Of a stretch of 53,008 nucleotides of DNA, positions 8,966-18,505 are shown piece by piece. The first letter of the stretch is position 1. Each line of letters opens with the position of its first letter. Source of the stretch: a virus (taxonomy: Duplodnaviria > Caudoviricetes); IMG/VR virus record IMGVR_UViG_3300025120_013163, positions 1 to 53,008 of that record. The stretch is one strand, 5' to 3'. Position numbers and translations under genes: made by a program. Under the pieces are notes generated by a model. It was given only the letters and a program-made list of their open reading frames with translations, ran no database searches and had not been told where the DNA came from.

Positions 8966-9300
8966 ATTTAGAAGCATTATTTAACGCTGTTATAGTAAAA
9001 CCAATTGAAGCTGAAGAAACTAAGTATGGTTCAATTGTAGTTCCTGATATGGGAAAAGATGTAAATGAACATGGAGAAATAATAGCAGTAGGACCTGGAC
9101 TGCATACAATTTCAGGTACATTTATTGAAACTATAAGCAAAGTTGGAGATATAGTAATATTACCAACTCAAGGATTTACAAAGCTACAACATGATGGAGA
9201 GGATTATTTAGTTGGTCCTGAAAATCAAATTTTAGCTAAAGTAAAAAAAGAAGTAGATTTAGAAAAAATATTAGAAGAAACTGAACCATTAAAAGAATAA
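8962..9300 (+). CDS. groES: co-chaperonin GroES
   Basis: GSIVVPD, GEIIAVGPG, KVGDIV and ILAKV motifs. Confidence 0.93.
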   Translation: MNLEALFNAVIVKPIEAEETKYGSIVVPDMGKDVNEHGEIIAVGPGLHTISGTFIETISKVGDIVILPTQGFTKLQHDGEDYLVGPENQILAKVKKEVDLEKILEETEPLKE

Positions 9301-9302
9301 AA

Positions 9303-10940
9303 ATGAGTAAAATTATAGAATTTGGCCCTGAGGGTAGAAATAAATTAGTAAAAGGAATTGACACATTAGCTAATGCTGTAGTATCAACATTAGGTCCTAA
9401 TGGGAGAAATGTAGTAGTTGAAAGACCTAACCAATCACCAATATCAACAAAAGATGGAGTTACAGTAGCAAAACATATAAGTGTGAGTGATCCTGTTGAA
9501 AATTTAGGTGTAAATTTAGTTAGAGAAGCATCTATTAAAACAGCTGATAAAGCTGGTGATGGTACAACTACATCAACCCTTTTAGCAAGAGAAATGATTA
9601 AAGATGGTTTACAATATTTAGCTAATGGAGCTAATGCTGTTGAAATTAAAAGAGGTATTGATAAAGCAGTAAAAGAAGTTATAAATAATCTAAGAGAAAA
9701 TATATCAGAAGACATTTCAGATGAAAATCAATTAGAACAAATTGCAACTATTTCAGCAAATAATGACCCTGAAGTAGGTAAATTAATAGCTACAGCAATG
9801 GATAAAGTAGGGGTTGAAGGTGTAGTTCATATTGAAGAATCTAAAACAGGAGATACTTATTTAGAAACTGTTGAAGGGATGCAGTTTGATAGAGGTTATT
9901 TGTCACATTATTTTGTTACTAATAATAGCACTATGACTTGTACTTTAGAAGACCCTTATATCTTAGTACTAAACCAAAAGTTATCTTCAGTAAAAGATTT
10001 ATTACCTATGTTAGAAGCAGTTTCTAATACTAATAAATCTTTATTAATCATAGCTGAAGATGTTGATAGTGAAGCTTTAGCAACTCTTATTGTAAATAAA
10101 GCTAGAGGTACTATTAAAGTAGCAGCTGTAAAAGCACCTGATTTTGGTGATAGAAGGAAATTAATCCTAGAAGATATAGCTTCAGTAACAGGAGGTCAGG
10201 TATTTGATAAGGATAAAGGAATGAAACTTGATAAATTTTCTTGGGAGTGGTTTGGTGAAGCACGTACTGTAACTATTTCAAAAGAAAAAACAACTATTAT
10301 TGATGGTAAAGGAGATGAAGAATCTGTTAAACAAAGATTAGAAGAACTTACTACTCAAATTGATAAAGCACAATCATCTTTTGAAATTGAAAAATTACAA
10401 GAAAGATTAGCTAAAATGGCTGGTGGTGTTTCTATTATTCATGTTGGTGGTTATACCGAAACTGAAATGAATGAAAAGAAAGATAGAGTTGATGATGCTT
10501 TACATGCAACTAAAGCTGCTATTGAGGAAGGAATTGTACCCGGAGGAGGAGCAGCTTTATTATATGCTAGAGAAACTATACTAACAGGATGTAAAAAATG
10601 TATAGGTAAAAATATTGTTTATAAAGCTTGTGGTAAACCATTTGAACAAATATTAGTTAATGCCGGTAAAGATTCAGTTGAAGCCCAAATGATAGGTAAA
10701 TACCATTTAGTTGATTCTGGTAATGATACTTGGGCTGGATATAACATTAAAACAGATAATGTTGAAGATATGAAACAAACAGGTATTATTGATCCTACTA
10801 AAGTAACAAGAACAGCTCTTGAAAACGCTGCTGCTGTTGCTGGAACTGTATTACTTACAGAATGTATAGTTGTTGATGAACCTAAAGAAGATACTCCACA
10901 ACCACAAATGGACCCATCAATGATGGGAATGGGAATGTAA
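9303..10940 (+). CDS. groEL: chaperonin GroEL
   Basis: TLGPNGRNV, TKDGVTVA, AGDGTTT, EGMQFDRGY, GIVPGGG; Met/Gly tail. Confidence 0.98.
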   Translation: MSKIIEFGPEGRNKLVKGIDTLANAVVSTLGPNGRNVVVERPNQSPISTKDGVTVAKHISVSDPVENLGVNLVREASIKTADKAGDGTTTSTLLAREMIKDGLQYLANGANAVEIKRGIDKAVKEVINNLRENISEDISDENQLEQIATISANNDPEVGKLIATAMDKVGVEGVVHIEESKTGDTYLETVEGMQFDRGYLSHYFVTNNSTMTCTLEDPYILVLNQKLSSVKDLLPMLEAVSNTNKSLLIIAEDVDSEALATLIVNKARGTIKVAAVKAPDFGDRRKLILEDIASVTGGQVFDKDKGMKLDKFSWEWFGEARTVTISKEKTTIIDGKGDEESVKQRLEELTTQIDKAQSSFEIEKLQERLAKMAGGVSIIHVGGYTETEMNEKKDRVDDALHATKAAIEEGIVPGGGAALLYARETILTGCKKCIGKNIVYKACGKPFEQILVNAGKDSVEAQMIGKYHLVDSGNDTWAGYNIKTDNVEDMKQTGIIDPTKVTRTALENAAAVAGTVLLTECIVVDEPKEDTPQPQMDPSMMGMGM

Positions 10941-10941
10941 T

Positions 10942-11214
10942 ATGGAAATAAAAGAAACTGAACATAATAAGCTTATTGCTACTAGAGTACCACCTGGAGA
11001 CAAGTGGACTTTAGTAGATGATAAGAAAAAAATAGTACATGATACTTTAACTGATGCTTTAGAAGCCCATTTTAAGGCATCCGGTAATCCTTGTGAATTT
11101 AGATTATCCCCTTTAGATAGTAAATTATATGCTATTGAAACACATCAGTATGAAATACCTGAAGAAGAACCAAAAGAATTTAGTATGTATGGAGAATTTA
11201 AACAAGGCGCATAA
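10942..11214 (+). CDS. hypothetical protein
   Basis: 90 aa ORF in operon context. Confidence 0.75.
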   Translation: MEIKETEHNKLIATRVPPGDKWTLVDDKKKIVHDTLTDALEAHFKASGNPCEFRLSPLDSKLYAIETHQYEIPEEEPKEFSMYGEFKQGA

Positions 11215-11217
11215 TAA

Positions 11218-11249
11218 TTTGTTTTCCCAAAATAACTTTCGTATATTTA
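11218..11249 (+). promoter_or_regulatory. repeated promoter (TGT variant)
   Basis: tttgt-N15-ttcgtatattta just before the clamp loader gene. Confidence 0.75.
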
Positions 11250-11253
11250 CGTC

Positions 11254-12180
11254 ATGAAAAATCACACCCTATTAGTTGAAAAATACAGACCTACTAATAT
11301 AGATAATTATGTAGGGAATAAAAGTATCAAAGATACTATTAAAAGTTATATATCAAAAAATGATATTCAAAATTTATTATTTTATGGACCTGCAGGTACA
11401 GGTAAAACAACATTAGCTAAATTAATAGCTAAAAATATTGATTGTGATTTATTATATATTAATGCTTCTGATGAAAGAGGGATTGAAACTATTAGAGATA
11501 AAGTATCAGGATTTGCTAGTACAATGTCTTTTAAATCATTAAAAATTGTTATTTTAGATGAAGCAGATTTTTTAACTATAATGGCTCAAGCATCTTTAAG
11601 AAATGTAATTGAAACATTTTCTCGTTCAACTAGATTTATATTAACTTGTAATTATGTAGAACGTATAATTGATCCTTTACAATCTAGATGTCAAACTTTA
11701 AAAATAGTTCCACCTAGTAAATTAGATATTGTTAAACATTTAAAGGGTATTACTGATAGAGAAGACATTAAAGTACACGTAAATGATTTAGCAGTTGTAG
11801 TTAACAACAACTACCCTGATGTCCGTAAAATGCTTAATACTATACAAGTATCTACGGTAGATAACACATTAAAACTTGATAATGATGTATTAGTAGAAAG
11901 TAATTATCAAAATAAAATATTAGAAGAATTAAAATTAAAAAAACCTAATTGGAGAACAATTAGGCAAATAGTAGCAGATTCTAATGTAAAGGATTTTGAA
12001 GGATTGTATAGATTTTTATATGATAACTCATCTGAATACGCCCCAGGAAAAGAAGGTATGATTGCCTTTTATGTGAATGAATATTCATATCAATCAAATT
12101 TTAGAATAGATAAAGAAGTCAATTGTATGGCTTTAATCTCAAAAATAATAGAAACAATTAAACCACAAATATTAAAATAA
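11254..12180 (+). CDS. clamp loader AAA+ subunit (gp44/RFC-like)
   Basis: VEKYRP, GPAGTGKT, INASDERG, ILDEAD, FILTCN and LQSRC motifs. Confidence 0.95.
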   Translation: MKNHTLLVEKYRPTNIDNYVGNKSIKDTIKSYISKNDIQNLLFYGPAGTGKTTLAKLIAKNIDCDLLYINASDERGIETIRDKVSGFASTMSFKSLKIVILDEADFLTIMAQASLRNVIETFSRSTRFILTCNYVERIIDPLQSRCQTLKIVPPSKLDIVKHLKGITDREDIKVHVNDLAVVVNNNYPDVRKMLNTIQVSTVDNTLKLDNDVLVESNYQNKILEELKLKKPNWRTIRQIVADSNVKDFEGLYRFLYDNSSEYAPGKEGMIAFYVNEYSYQSNFRIDKEVNCMALISKIIETIKPQILK

Positions 12181-12186
12181 TTAATT

Positions 12187-12432
12187 ATGCAAAACGGACA
12201 ACAACCAAACATCGATTTAAAAAACACAACATCCATTGAAACTGAAAATGGAAATAAAATTTGGCAACAAGGAGCTTTACTGCGTAAAGTATCAAAGTTT
12301 GTAACTGGAACAGATTCAGATGCAATTATGCCTATACCTGTATTTTATGACCCAGATACAAATAAAATTTTAGAAGATTCAATGCCTAAGGAATTAAGAG
12401 AGGAATATAAAGATGTCCTTGTTAAATCCTAA
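12187..12432 (+). CDS. hypothetical protein
   Basis: 81 aa ORF between the clamp loader genes. Confidence 0.75.
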   Translation: MQNGQQPNIDLKNTTSIETENGNKIWQQGALLRKVSKFVTGTDSDAIMPIPVFYDPDTNKILEDSMPKELREEYKDVLVKS

Positions 12433-12847
12433 AAATGTATTTGAATGGCTAAATGAACTAACTGATAAAAAGTCTAGTTTAGATAGCTTTGAAGAAAGTT
12501 CTTGGGAGAATTTTAATGCTTATATGGTACATAGATTTGTATCAATGTATCAAGGTTACATAGAAATTGCTAATTTAGCTCAAAAATTCTCTCCAACAGA
12601 TAAAAAAGGAATTTACAATTTTTATTGTGAAATGCTTCCTAGAAAAAAAATGTTTTTAAGATACATTAAGTCAAAAACAAAACAAAATGTAAAAGAAATA
12701 TTAGAACCTATGGTAAAATATTTTGAATGTAGTTTTGTAGAAGCAAATGAATATGTAAATCTTTTAAGTAAAGAGGATATTAAGGAAATTCTCATTAAAT
12801 TAGGTATAAATGATAAAGAAATTAAAAAAATAACAAAAAAATTATAA
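12413..12847 (+). CDS. clamp loader small subunit (gp62-like)
   Basis: FNAYMVHRFVS...IANLAQ...YNFY...RKKMFLRYIK resembles gp62. Confidence 0.75.
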   Translation: MSLLNPKNVFEWLNELTDKKSSLDSFEESSWENFNAYMVHRFVSMYQGYIEIANLAQKFSPTDKKGIYNFYCEMLPRKKMFLRYIKSKTKQNVKEILEPMVKYFECSFVEANEYVNLLSKEDIKEILIKLGINDKEIKKITKKL

Positions 12848-12848
12848 A

Positions 12849-13067
12849 ATGGCACAATATAAATTAATAACGGCTCTTAAAACTCAAGCAGAAGCAGATA
12901 AATCTAAAGCATTAATGGCATTAGAATTACTAACTGAATGTGCAGTAGGAATAGGAGACCATACTTCAGATGATTTTCTTAAAGATGCTACAAAAAGTTT
13001 AAAATTATTAGCATCAGCTGAAGAGAGATTAGAAACTATAGAAAAGTATTATGGAAAAAATGAATAA
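12849..13067 (+). CDS. hypothetical protein
   Basis: 72 aa helical ORF with VGIGDH motif. Confidence 0.7.
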   Translation: MAQYKLITALKTQAEADKSKALMALELLTECAVGIGDHTSDDFLKDATKSLKLLASAEERLETIEKYYGKNE

Positions 13068-13407
13068 GAAAGAAATAGTAGAATTATTCGAAACTGAGTA
13101 CCCAGAATTATCTGAGGAATATAAAAAGATAGGATTGGAAATGTATACTATGTTTGCTGCTAAACATATGGATTATGGTTTAAATAACATAGCTTTAGGA
13201 GGAGATATTTTACATGATGAGAATGATAAAAAATTCTCATTAACTGGTTTAGCTATTAGGTTAACTGATAAAATTAGTAGATTAAAAAATTTATTATTAA
13301 ATGGTAGAGCATTTGTTAAAGGTGAAGGGATGGAAGATACTTTTATGGATATAGCTAATTACGGTATTATTGGATTATTAGTAGGGAGAAATAAGTGGAA
13401 AAAATAA
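13051..13407 (+). CDS. DUF1599 / nucleotide-modification-associated domain protein
   Basis: KHMDYG, IRLTDKISRL and EDTFMDIANYGII motifs. Confidence 0.8.
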   Translation: MEKMNKKEIVELFETEYPELSEEYKKIGLEMYTMFAAKHMDYGLNNIALGGDILHDENDKKFSLTGLAIRLTDKISRLKNLLLNGRAFVKGEGMEDTFMDIANYGIIGLLVGRNKWKK

Positions 13408-13411
13408 TGTT

Positions 13412-14362
13412 TTGGCTAAAAAAATCCCCCCAATTGTAAAGATAATAAGAAATTATAAACCTGAGCCTATCAATTATGGTTATCAGAAAAATATTTCTTA
13501 CTCTCAGCTTTCAATGTTTAGAAGTTGCCCTCAAAAGTGGGCTCTTCAATATAAAGAGGGACATAAAAAACATTCCCCTAGTATTCATACTGTATTTGGG
13601 ACTGCATTTCATGAAGTTTTACAATATTATTTAGATGTAATGTATGAACAAAGTGGAGCTGCAGCAGATAGAGAAAATGTAGAAGAATTATTAGAGGATA
13701 AACTAAGGGAAGAATATCTTATCCAATATAAGAAAAATAAAAATTTACATTTTAGTACATCAGAAGAAATAAGAGAATTTTATGATGATGGGGTTAAAAT
13801 ATTAAGGTATTTTAAAAAACATAAAGGTAAGTATTTTAGTAAAAAAGGATGGCATTTAGTAGGTTGTGAGGTACCCATATCAGTTATGCCTAATAACGCG
13901 TATAAAAACGTTATATACAATGGCTTCTTAGATGTTGTAATGTACCATGAACCTACAGATACTTTTCAAATAATCGATATTAAAACAAGTACTAAAGGGT
14001 GGAATTCATATGCTAAAAAGGATGAAGAAAAGCACTTTCAACTAGTTTTATATAAAAAATTCTTTGCAGAACAATTTGGATTAGCAGAAAAGAGTATTGA
14101 TATTGAGTTCCTAATTGTTAGAAGAAAAGTATATGAAGGTGGGGAATATCCTCAAAAACGAATACAAACATTTACACCAGCATCAGGAAAAAATAAAATA
14201 AGTAAAGCAACACGAATATTAAATGAATTTATAAATGAAGCATTTAACTATACAGGATACAAAGAAACACTTCACGTTCCAAGACCGTCGAAATGGAATT
14301 GCTTCTTTTGCCCTTTTAAAGAAGATGCAAAATTATGTAATGTCCTTGGTAAAAATTTATAA
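13412..14362 (+). CDS. PD-(D/E)XK nuclease, Cas4/RecB-like
   Basis: ISYSQL...CPQKW, FGTAFHE, GFLDVV, IIDIKT, QLVLY, CFFCPF..C; TTG start. Confidence 0.85.
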   Translation: MAKKIPPIVKIIRNYKPEPINYGYQKNISYSQLSMFRSCPQKWALQYKEGHKKHSPSIHTVFGTAFHEVLQYYLDVMYEQSGAAADRENVEELLEDKLREEYLIQYKKNKNLHFSTSEEIREFYDDGVKILRYFKKHKGKYFSKKGWHLVGCEVPISVMPNNAYKNVIYNGFLDVVMYHEPTDTFQIIDIKTSTKGWNSYAKKDEEKHFQLVLYKKFFAEQFGLAEKSIDIEFLIVRRKVYEGGEYPQKRIQTFTPASGKNKISKATRILNEFINEAFNYTGYKETLHVPRPSKWNCFFCPFKEDAKLCNVLGKNL

Positions 14363-14405
14363 TCCACATATACGTATAGACAAATATAAACCAATAATTA
14401 AAACT

Positions 14406-14600
14406 ATGGCTGAAAAGAAAAATATGACACTTACAAGTGTAAAAGTAAAAAGTAATTTATTTGAAAATTTTAAGATTGAATGTGTAAGACGTAAATTCTC
14501 ATTTCAGAAATTATCTGATAGAGCTATTCATTTATATCTTACAGATGAAGATTTTAGAAAAAAAATACACAATCACAGTAATTTAGAAATTAATCAATAA
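14406..14600 (+). CDS. small ribbon-helix-helix-like DNA-binding protein
   Basis: LTSVKV strand followed by two short helices; start placed at ATG14406. Confidence 0.55.
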   Translation: MAEKKNMTLTSVKVKSNLFENFKIECVRRKFSFQKLSDRAIHLYLTDEDFRKKIHNHSNLEINQ

Positions 14601-14606
14601 ATAAAA

Positions 14607-16040
14607 ATGAAAGAAGGTTACATTAAAAAAGAAGATAGAAAAAAAATTCTCCTTATTACAGATGATATTAGAGTTCATTCTGGTGTTGCTCAAGTAGGAA
14701 GAGAAATTGTTATAAATTCATTAAATAGATATAATTGGTGTCAAATGGCTGGGGCTGTTGAACATCCTGATCAAGGAAAAGTTGTAGATATGAGTGAAGA
14801 AGTAAAACAACATCATACAGATGAAGAAGATCCGTATCTTATGTTATATCCTGTTAAGGGTTATGGAGACATAAATATTTTAAATATAGTATTAGACAGA
14901 GAAAAACCAGATGCAATATTTTTAATAACAGATCCTAGATATTTTTCTTGGTTATTCCATAATGAAGATCAAATTAGAAGAAAAATACCTATAGCCTATC
15001 TTAATATTTGGGATAATTATCCTGCTCCAATGTATAATAAAGAATTCTACGAATCTTGTGATTTATTAATGGGTATTTCAAAACAAACTGTTAATATAAA
15101 TAAACTTGTTTTAGGAGAAAAAGGAAAAAATAAAATATTTAAATATATCCCCCATGGTCTAAATTGTGATAAATTTAATATATTAGAAAAAGATGATATT
15201 GAAGTAAAAACTTTTAAAGAAAATATAGGTTTATCTCAAGATAATAATTTTCATTTATTATTTAATTCCCGAAATATTAGAAGAAAGCAAATATCTAACA
15301 TAATAATGGCATGGAAATTATTTATAGATAAATTAACTCCTGAAGAAGCTGTAAAATGTCAACTTACGTTAAAAACAGAAGCTACATTTGAACATGGAAC
15401 AGATTTAAATGCTGTTGTAGAATATTTTTGTGATCCTAAAATTTGTAGAGTAGGAATTTTACAACATAAATTAGCAACAGAAGAAATGAATTTAATGTAT
15501 AATTCAGCTGATGGTGTTATACAAATTTCTAATGCTGAAGGTTGGGGATTATCATTAACTGAAGCTATGTTAACAGGTACACCTTTTATTGCCGCTGTTA
15601 CTGGAGGTATGCAAGATCAAATGAGATTTGAGGATGAAGATGGGAATTGGATTGAATTTAATGGTGAATTTCCTTCTAACCATCATGGTAAATACAAAAA
15701 ACATGGTGAATGGGCATTTCCTGTTTACACAGCTGCAAGTACTTTAGTAGGATCTCCTCCAACCCCTTATATATACGATGATCATCATAATATTAATGAT
15801 GTAGTTGATCAGATAATGAAATTATATAAAATGGATGATGAAAAAAGAAAAAAAGTAGGAAAGAAAGGATATGATTGGGCTCATAGTAAAGAAGCTGGAT
15901 TTACATCTAAAATAATGACGAACAGAGTTATAGAAGGAATGGAAGAATTATTCCAAACCTGGAAACCAAGAGAAAAATATAATTTTATAAAAGACACAGA
16001 TTTTGAAAAAAGAATTTTACCACATAAATTAGTTTATTAA
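14607..16040 (+). CDS. glycosyltransferase, GT4 (GT-B)
   Basis: KILLITDD..HSGVA, IPHGL, NSRNIRRK and EGWGLSLTEA motifs. Confidence 0.9.
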   Translation: MKEGYIKKEDRKKILLITDDIRVHSGVAQVGREIVINSLNRYNWCQMAGAVEHPDQGKVVDMSEEVKQHHTDEEDPYLMLYPVKGYGDINILNIVLDREKPDAIFLITDPRYFSWLFHNEDQIRRKIPIAYLNIWDNYPAPMYNKEFYESCDLLMGISKQTVNINKLVLGEKGKNKIFKYIPHGLNCDKFNILEKDDIEVKTFKENIGLSQDNNFHLLFNSRNIRRKQISNIIMAWKLFIDKLTPEEAVKCQLTLKTEATFEHGTDLNAVVEYFCDPKICRVGILQHKLATEEMNLMYNSADGVIQISNAEGWGLSLTEAMLTGTPFIAAVTGGMQDQMRFEDEDGNWIEFNGEFPSNHHGKYKKHGEWAFPVYTAASTLVGSPPTPYIYDDHHNINDVVDQIMKLYKMDDEKRKKVGKKGYDWAHSKEAGFTSKIMTNRVIEGMEELFQTWKPREKYNFIKDTDFEKRILPHKLVY

Positions 16041-16042
16041 AT

Positions 16043-17374
16043 ATGAAAAATACATTTGTTATAAGTTGCCCAATTGACACATATAGTGGATATGGAGCAA
16101 GATCAAGAGATTTAGTTAAATCTATAATAGAATTAGATAAATACGATGTTAAAATTTTAGGCCAAAGATGGGGTAGTTGTTCTTTTGGGTTTGTTAATGA
16201 TCACCCTGAATGGCATTTTTTAAGAAACCATATGATTGGTGGCATTGACCAAAAACCAGATATTTGGGCTCAAATTACAGTACCTAATGAGTTTACACCT
16301 GTAGGAAAATATAATATAGGTTTTACAGCAGGAATAGAAACTACTTTATGTGCTGCACCTTGGGTTGAAGGTATGAATAGAATGGATTTAAATATAGTTT
16401 CCTCAGAACATTCAAAACAAGTATTTTTACAATCAAAATACGATAAAGTAGATCAAAAAACAAATCAAAAAATAGGTGTTATATCAATAGAAAAACCAAT
16501 AGAAGTACTATTAGAAGGTGCTAATTTAAATTTATATAAACCTATAAAAGAAGATGAAATTAAAGAATTAAATTTACTAAAAGACATTAATTCTATTCCT
16601 GAGGATTTTGCTTTTTTATCTGTAGGACATTGGATGCAAGGGAATATAGGTGAAGATAGAAAAAATATAGGTGTTACCCTTAAATCATTTTATAGTGTTT
16701 TTAAAAACAAAAAGAAACAACCTGCTTTAATACTTAAAATATGTTCAGTTAATTCATCTTATATGGATAGAAGAGAAATAATGAAAAGAGTAGATGCAGT
16801 TCGTCGAGCATGTGGGGGAGGTAAATTACCTAATGTTTATATATTACATGGTAATTTTTCTAATAAAGAAATGAATGAATTATATAATCATCCTAAAATA
16901 AAAGCAATGGTATCTCATACTAGGGGTGAAGGGTTTGGAAGACCATTATTAGAATTTAGTTTAGTAAATAAACCTATTATATGTTCGGGATGGTCTGGTC
17001 AATTAGATTTTCTCCAAAACGATTTTACATTGTTATTACAAGGTACTTTAACTAATGTTGATCAATCTGCCCAACAAAAAGATGTAATAATAGCAGAGTC
17101 TAAATGGTTTCAACCTAATCCTCAAGAAATATATAGATCTTATAAAGAAATATTTGATAATTATAAGGCTTGGTTGGTAAAAGCAAAAAGACAAGGGTAC
17201 CATAGTAGAACTTATTTTGCTTTTGAAAATATGAAAGCTAAAATAAACACAATATTAGAGGATAATGTTAATATTCCTGAACAAGTAAAATTAGCATTAC
17301 CTAAACTTAAAAAAATAGAAGATAAAAAAGAATTACCTAAATTAAAATTACCTAAATTAAAAAAAGTTTACTAA
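16043..17374 (+). CDS. glycosyltransferase, GT4 (GT-B)
   Basis: YSGYG, DRKNI, RGEGFGRPLLE and SGQLDF motifs. Confidence 0.9.
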   Translation: MKNTFVISCPIDTYSGYGARSRDLVKSIIELDKYDVKILGQRWGSCSFGFVNDHPEWHFLRNHMIGGIDQKPDIWAQITVPNEFTPVGKYNIGFTAGIETTLCAAPWVEGMNRMDLNIVSSEHSKQVFLQSKYDKVDQKTNQKIGVISIEKPIEVLLEGANLNLYKPIKEDEIKELNLLKDINSIPEDFAFLSVGHWMQGNIGEDRKNIGVTLKSFYSVFKNKKKQPALILKICSVNSSYMDRREIMKRVDAVRRACGGGKLPNVYILHGNFSNKEMNELYNHPKIKAMVSHTRGEGFGRPLLEFSLVNKPIICSGWSGQLDFLQNDFTLLLQGTLTNVDQSAQQKDVIIAESKWFQPNPQEIYRSYKEIFDNYKAWLVKAKRQGYHSRTYFAFENMKAKINTILEDNVNIPEQVKLALPKLKKIEDKKELPKLKLPKLKKVY

Positions 17375-17397
17375 CAGATAAATAAAAAAGTATAAAT

Positions 17398-17865
17398 ATG
17401 AATTATGATGAAATTGTAAACTGTCCTAAAAGTGGTGGGGATTTATGTTATAAAATGGAAATATCAAAAGATATAACTAATTATTTTAGTTTATCTTGTG
17501 GGTTTTGGACTAACACTTTAATGATATTAGGATCTGATTTTTATGAAGAACAATTACAAACTCTCCCTGAATTATATAAAGATTTATCTTGGACTGATCC
17601 AAAAACAGAACTTATTTGGGTACCTAATACTATAAACCAACCAGAATTAGGTATGGTATTTGCTAATGGTGTAGATAAAAATAATTGGTCTTGGGCTGCT
17701 GTAAAAGCAGTTGAAGTTAGTGAAAAAGAAAAGATAAAATTCCCAATTCCTGGAAAATCAGGAGAATATTACAAACATAGAATGGATATGGAAAATCTAA
17801 AGTCTTTTGACCCAGAACGTGGCTATATAGATGCACTTTCGTATATTGGAGTATTACCTGAATAA
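17398..17865 (+). CDS. hypothetical protein
   Basis: 155 aa ORF. Confidence 0.75.
   Translation: MNYDEIVNCPKSGGDLCYKMEISKDITNYFSLSCGFWTNTLMILGSDFYEEQLQTLPELYKDLSWTDPKTELIWVPNTINQPELGMVFANGVDKNNWSWAAVKAVEVSEKEKIKFPIPGKSGEYYKHRMDMENLKSFDPERGYIDALSYIGVLPE
17819..17847 (+). promoter_or_regulatory. repeated promoter inside the 3' end of a CDS, upstream of the glycan locus
   Basis: gtgg-ctatatagatgcact-ttcgtatatt with exact 15-nt spacer. Confidence 0.7.
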
Positions 17866-17872
17866 ATTAAAA

Positions 17873-18505
17873 ATGAAAATAAGTTATGCAATCCCCGTTT
17901 GTAATGAAATAAATGAATTACAAAGATTAGTAGATTTTTTAACAAAACATAAACGTGAAGAAGATGAAATTGTTATTTTATTTGATTCTCAAAATGGCTC
18001 TAAAGCAGTAGATGAGTATTTAAGATCAAAATCAGTAAATACTAAATCTCCTTTTATTTGGCATTCAAACCCATTAAATAATGATTTTGCACAACAAAAA
18101 AATTACCTTACTAAGATGTGTAATGGAGATTGGATATTTTTAATTGATGCAGATGAATGTCCAAATGAGTATTTATTTGATGGTTTACCCTGGATGATAG
18201 AAAATAATCCTGAAGTTGAAGCTTATTGGGTTTCTAGAATTAATACTGTAAAAGGATTAACTACAGAACATATTCAAAAATGGGGATGGAATCTTAATGA
18301 TAGAAGTTGGGTAAACTTCCCTGATAAACAGATGAGAATTTATAAAAATGATCCTGAGAATATTAAATGGGTAAAGCCAGTTCATGAACAATTGGTAGGT
18401 TATAATAAATTTGCTGATCTACCAAGTAATGAAGAGTATTGTTTATATCACCCTAAAGATATTAAACGTCAAGAAAAGCAAAATAAGTTTTATGAAACAC
18501 TCTAA
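17873..18505 (+). CDS. glycosyltransferase family 2
   Basis: KISYAIPVCNE, DFAQQKN, WIFLIDADE, VHEQL; start placed at ATG17873. Confidence 0.9.
   Translation: MKISYAIPVCNEINELQRLVDFLTKHKREEDEIVILFDSQNGSKAVDEYLRSKSVNTKSPFIWHSNPLNNDFAQQKNYLTKMCNGDWIFLIDADECPNEYLFDGLPWMIENNPEVEAYWVSRINTVKGLTTEHIQKWGWNLNDRSWVNFPDKQMRIYKNDPENIKWVKPVHEQLVGYNKFADLPSNEEYCLYHPKDIKRQEKQNKFYETL

Noticed and set aside
13412-14362. Cas4-like gene as evidence of a CRISPR-Cas system
   Set aside because: Solo Cas4/RecB-like nucleases are common in phage replication regions; no cas1/cas2 or array
14235-14405. N-terminal extensions of track ORFs (also at 2619, 3790, 17831, 18411, 21627, 25449)
   Set aside because: They overlap upstream genes; downstream ATGs fit domain starts and gene packing better
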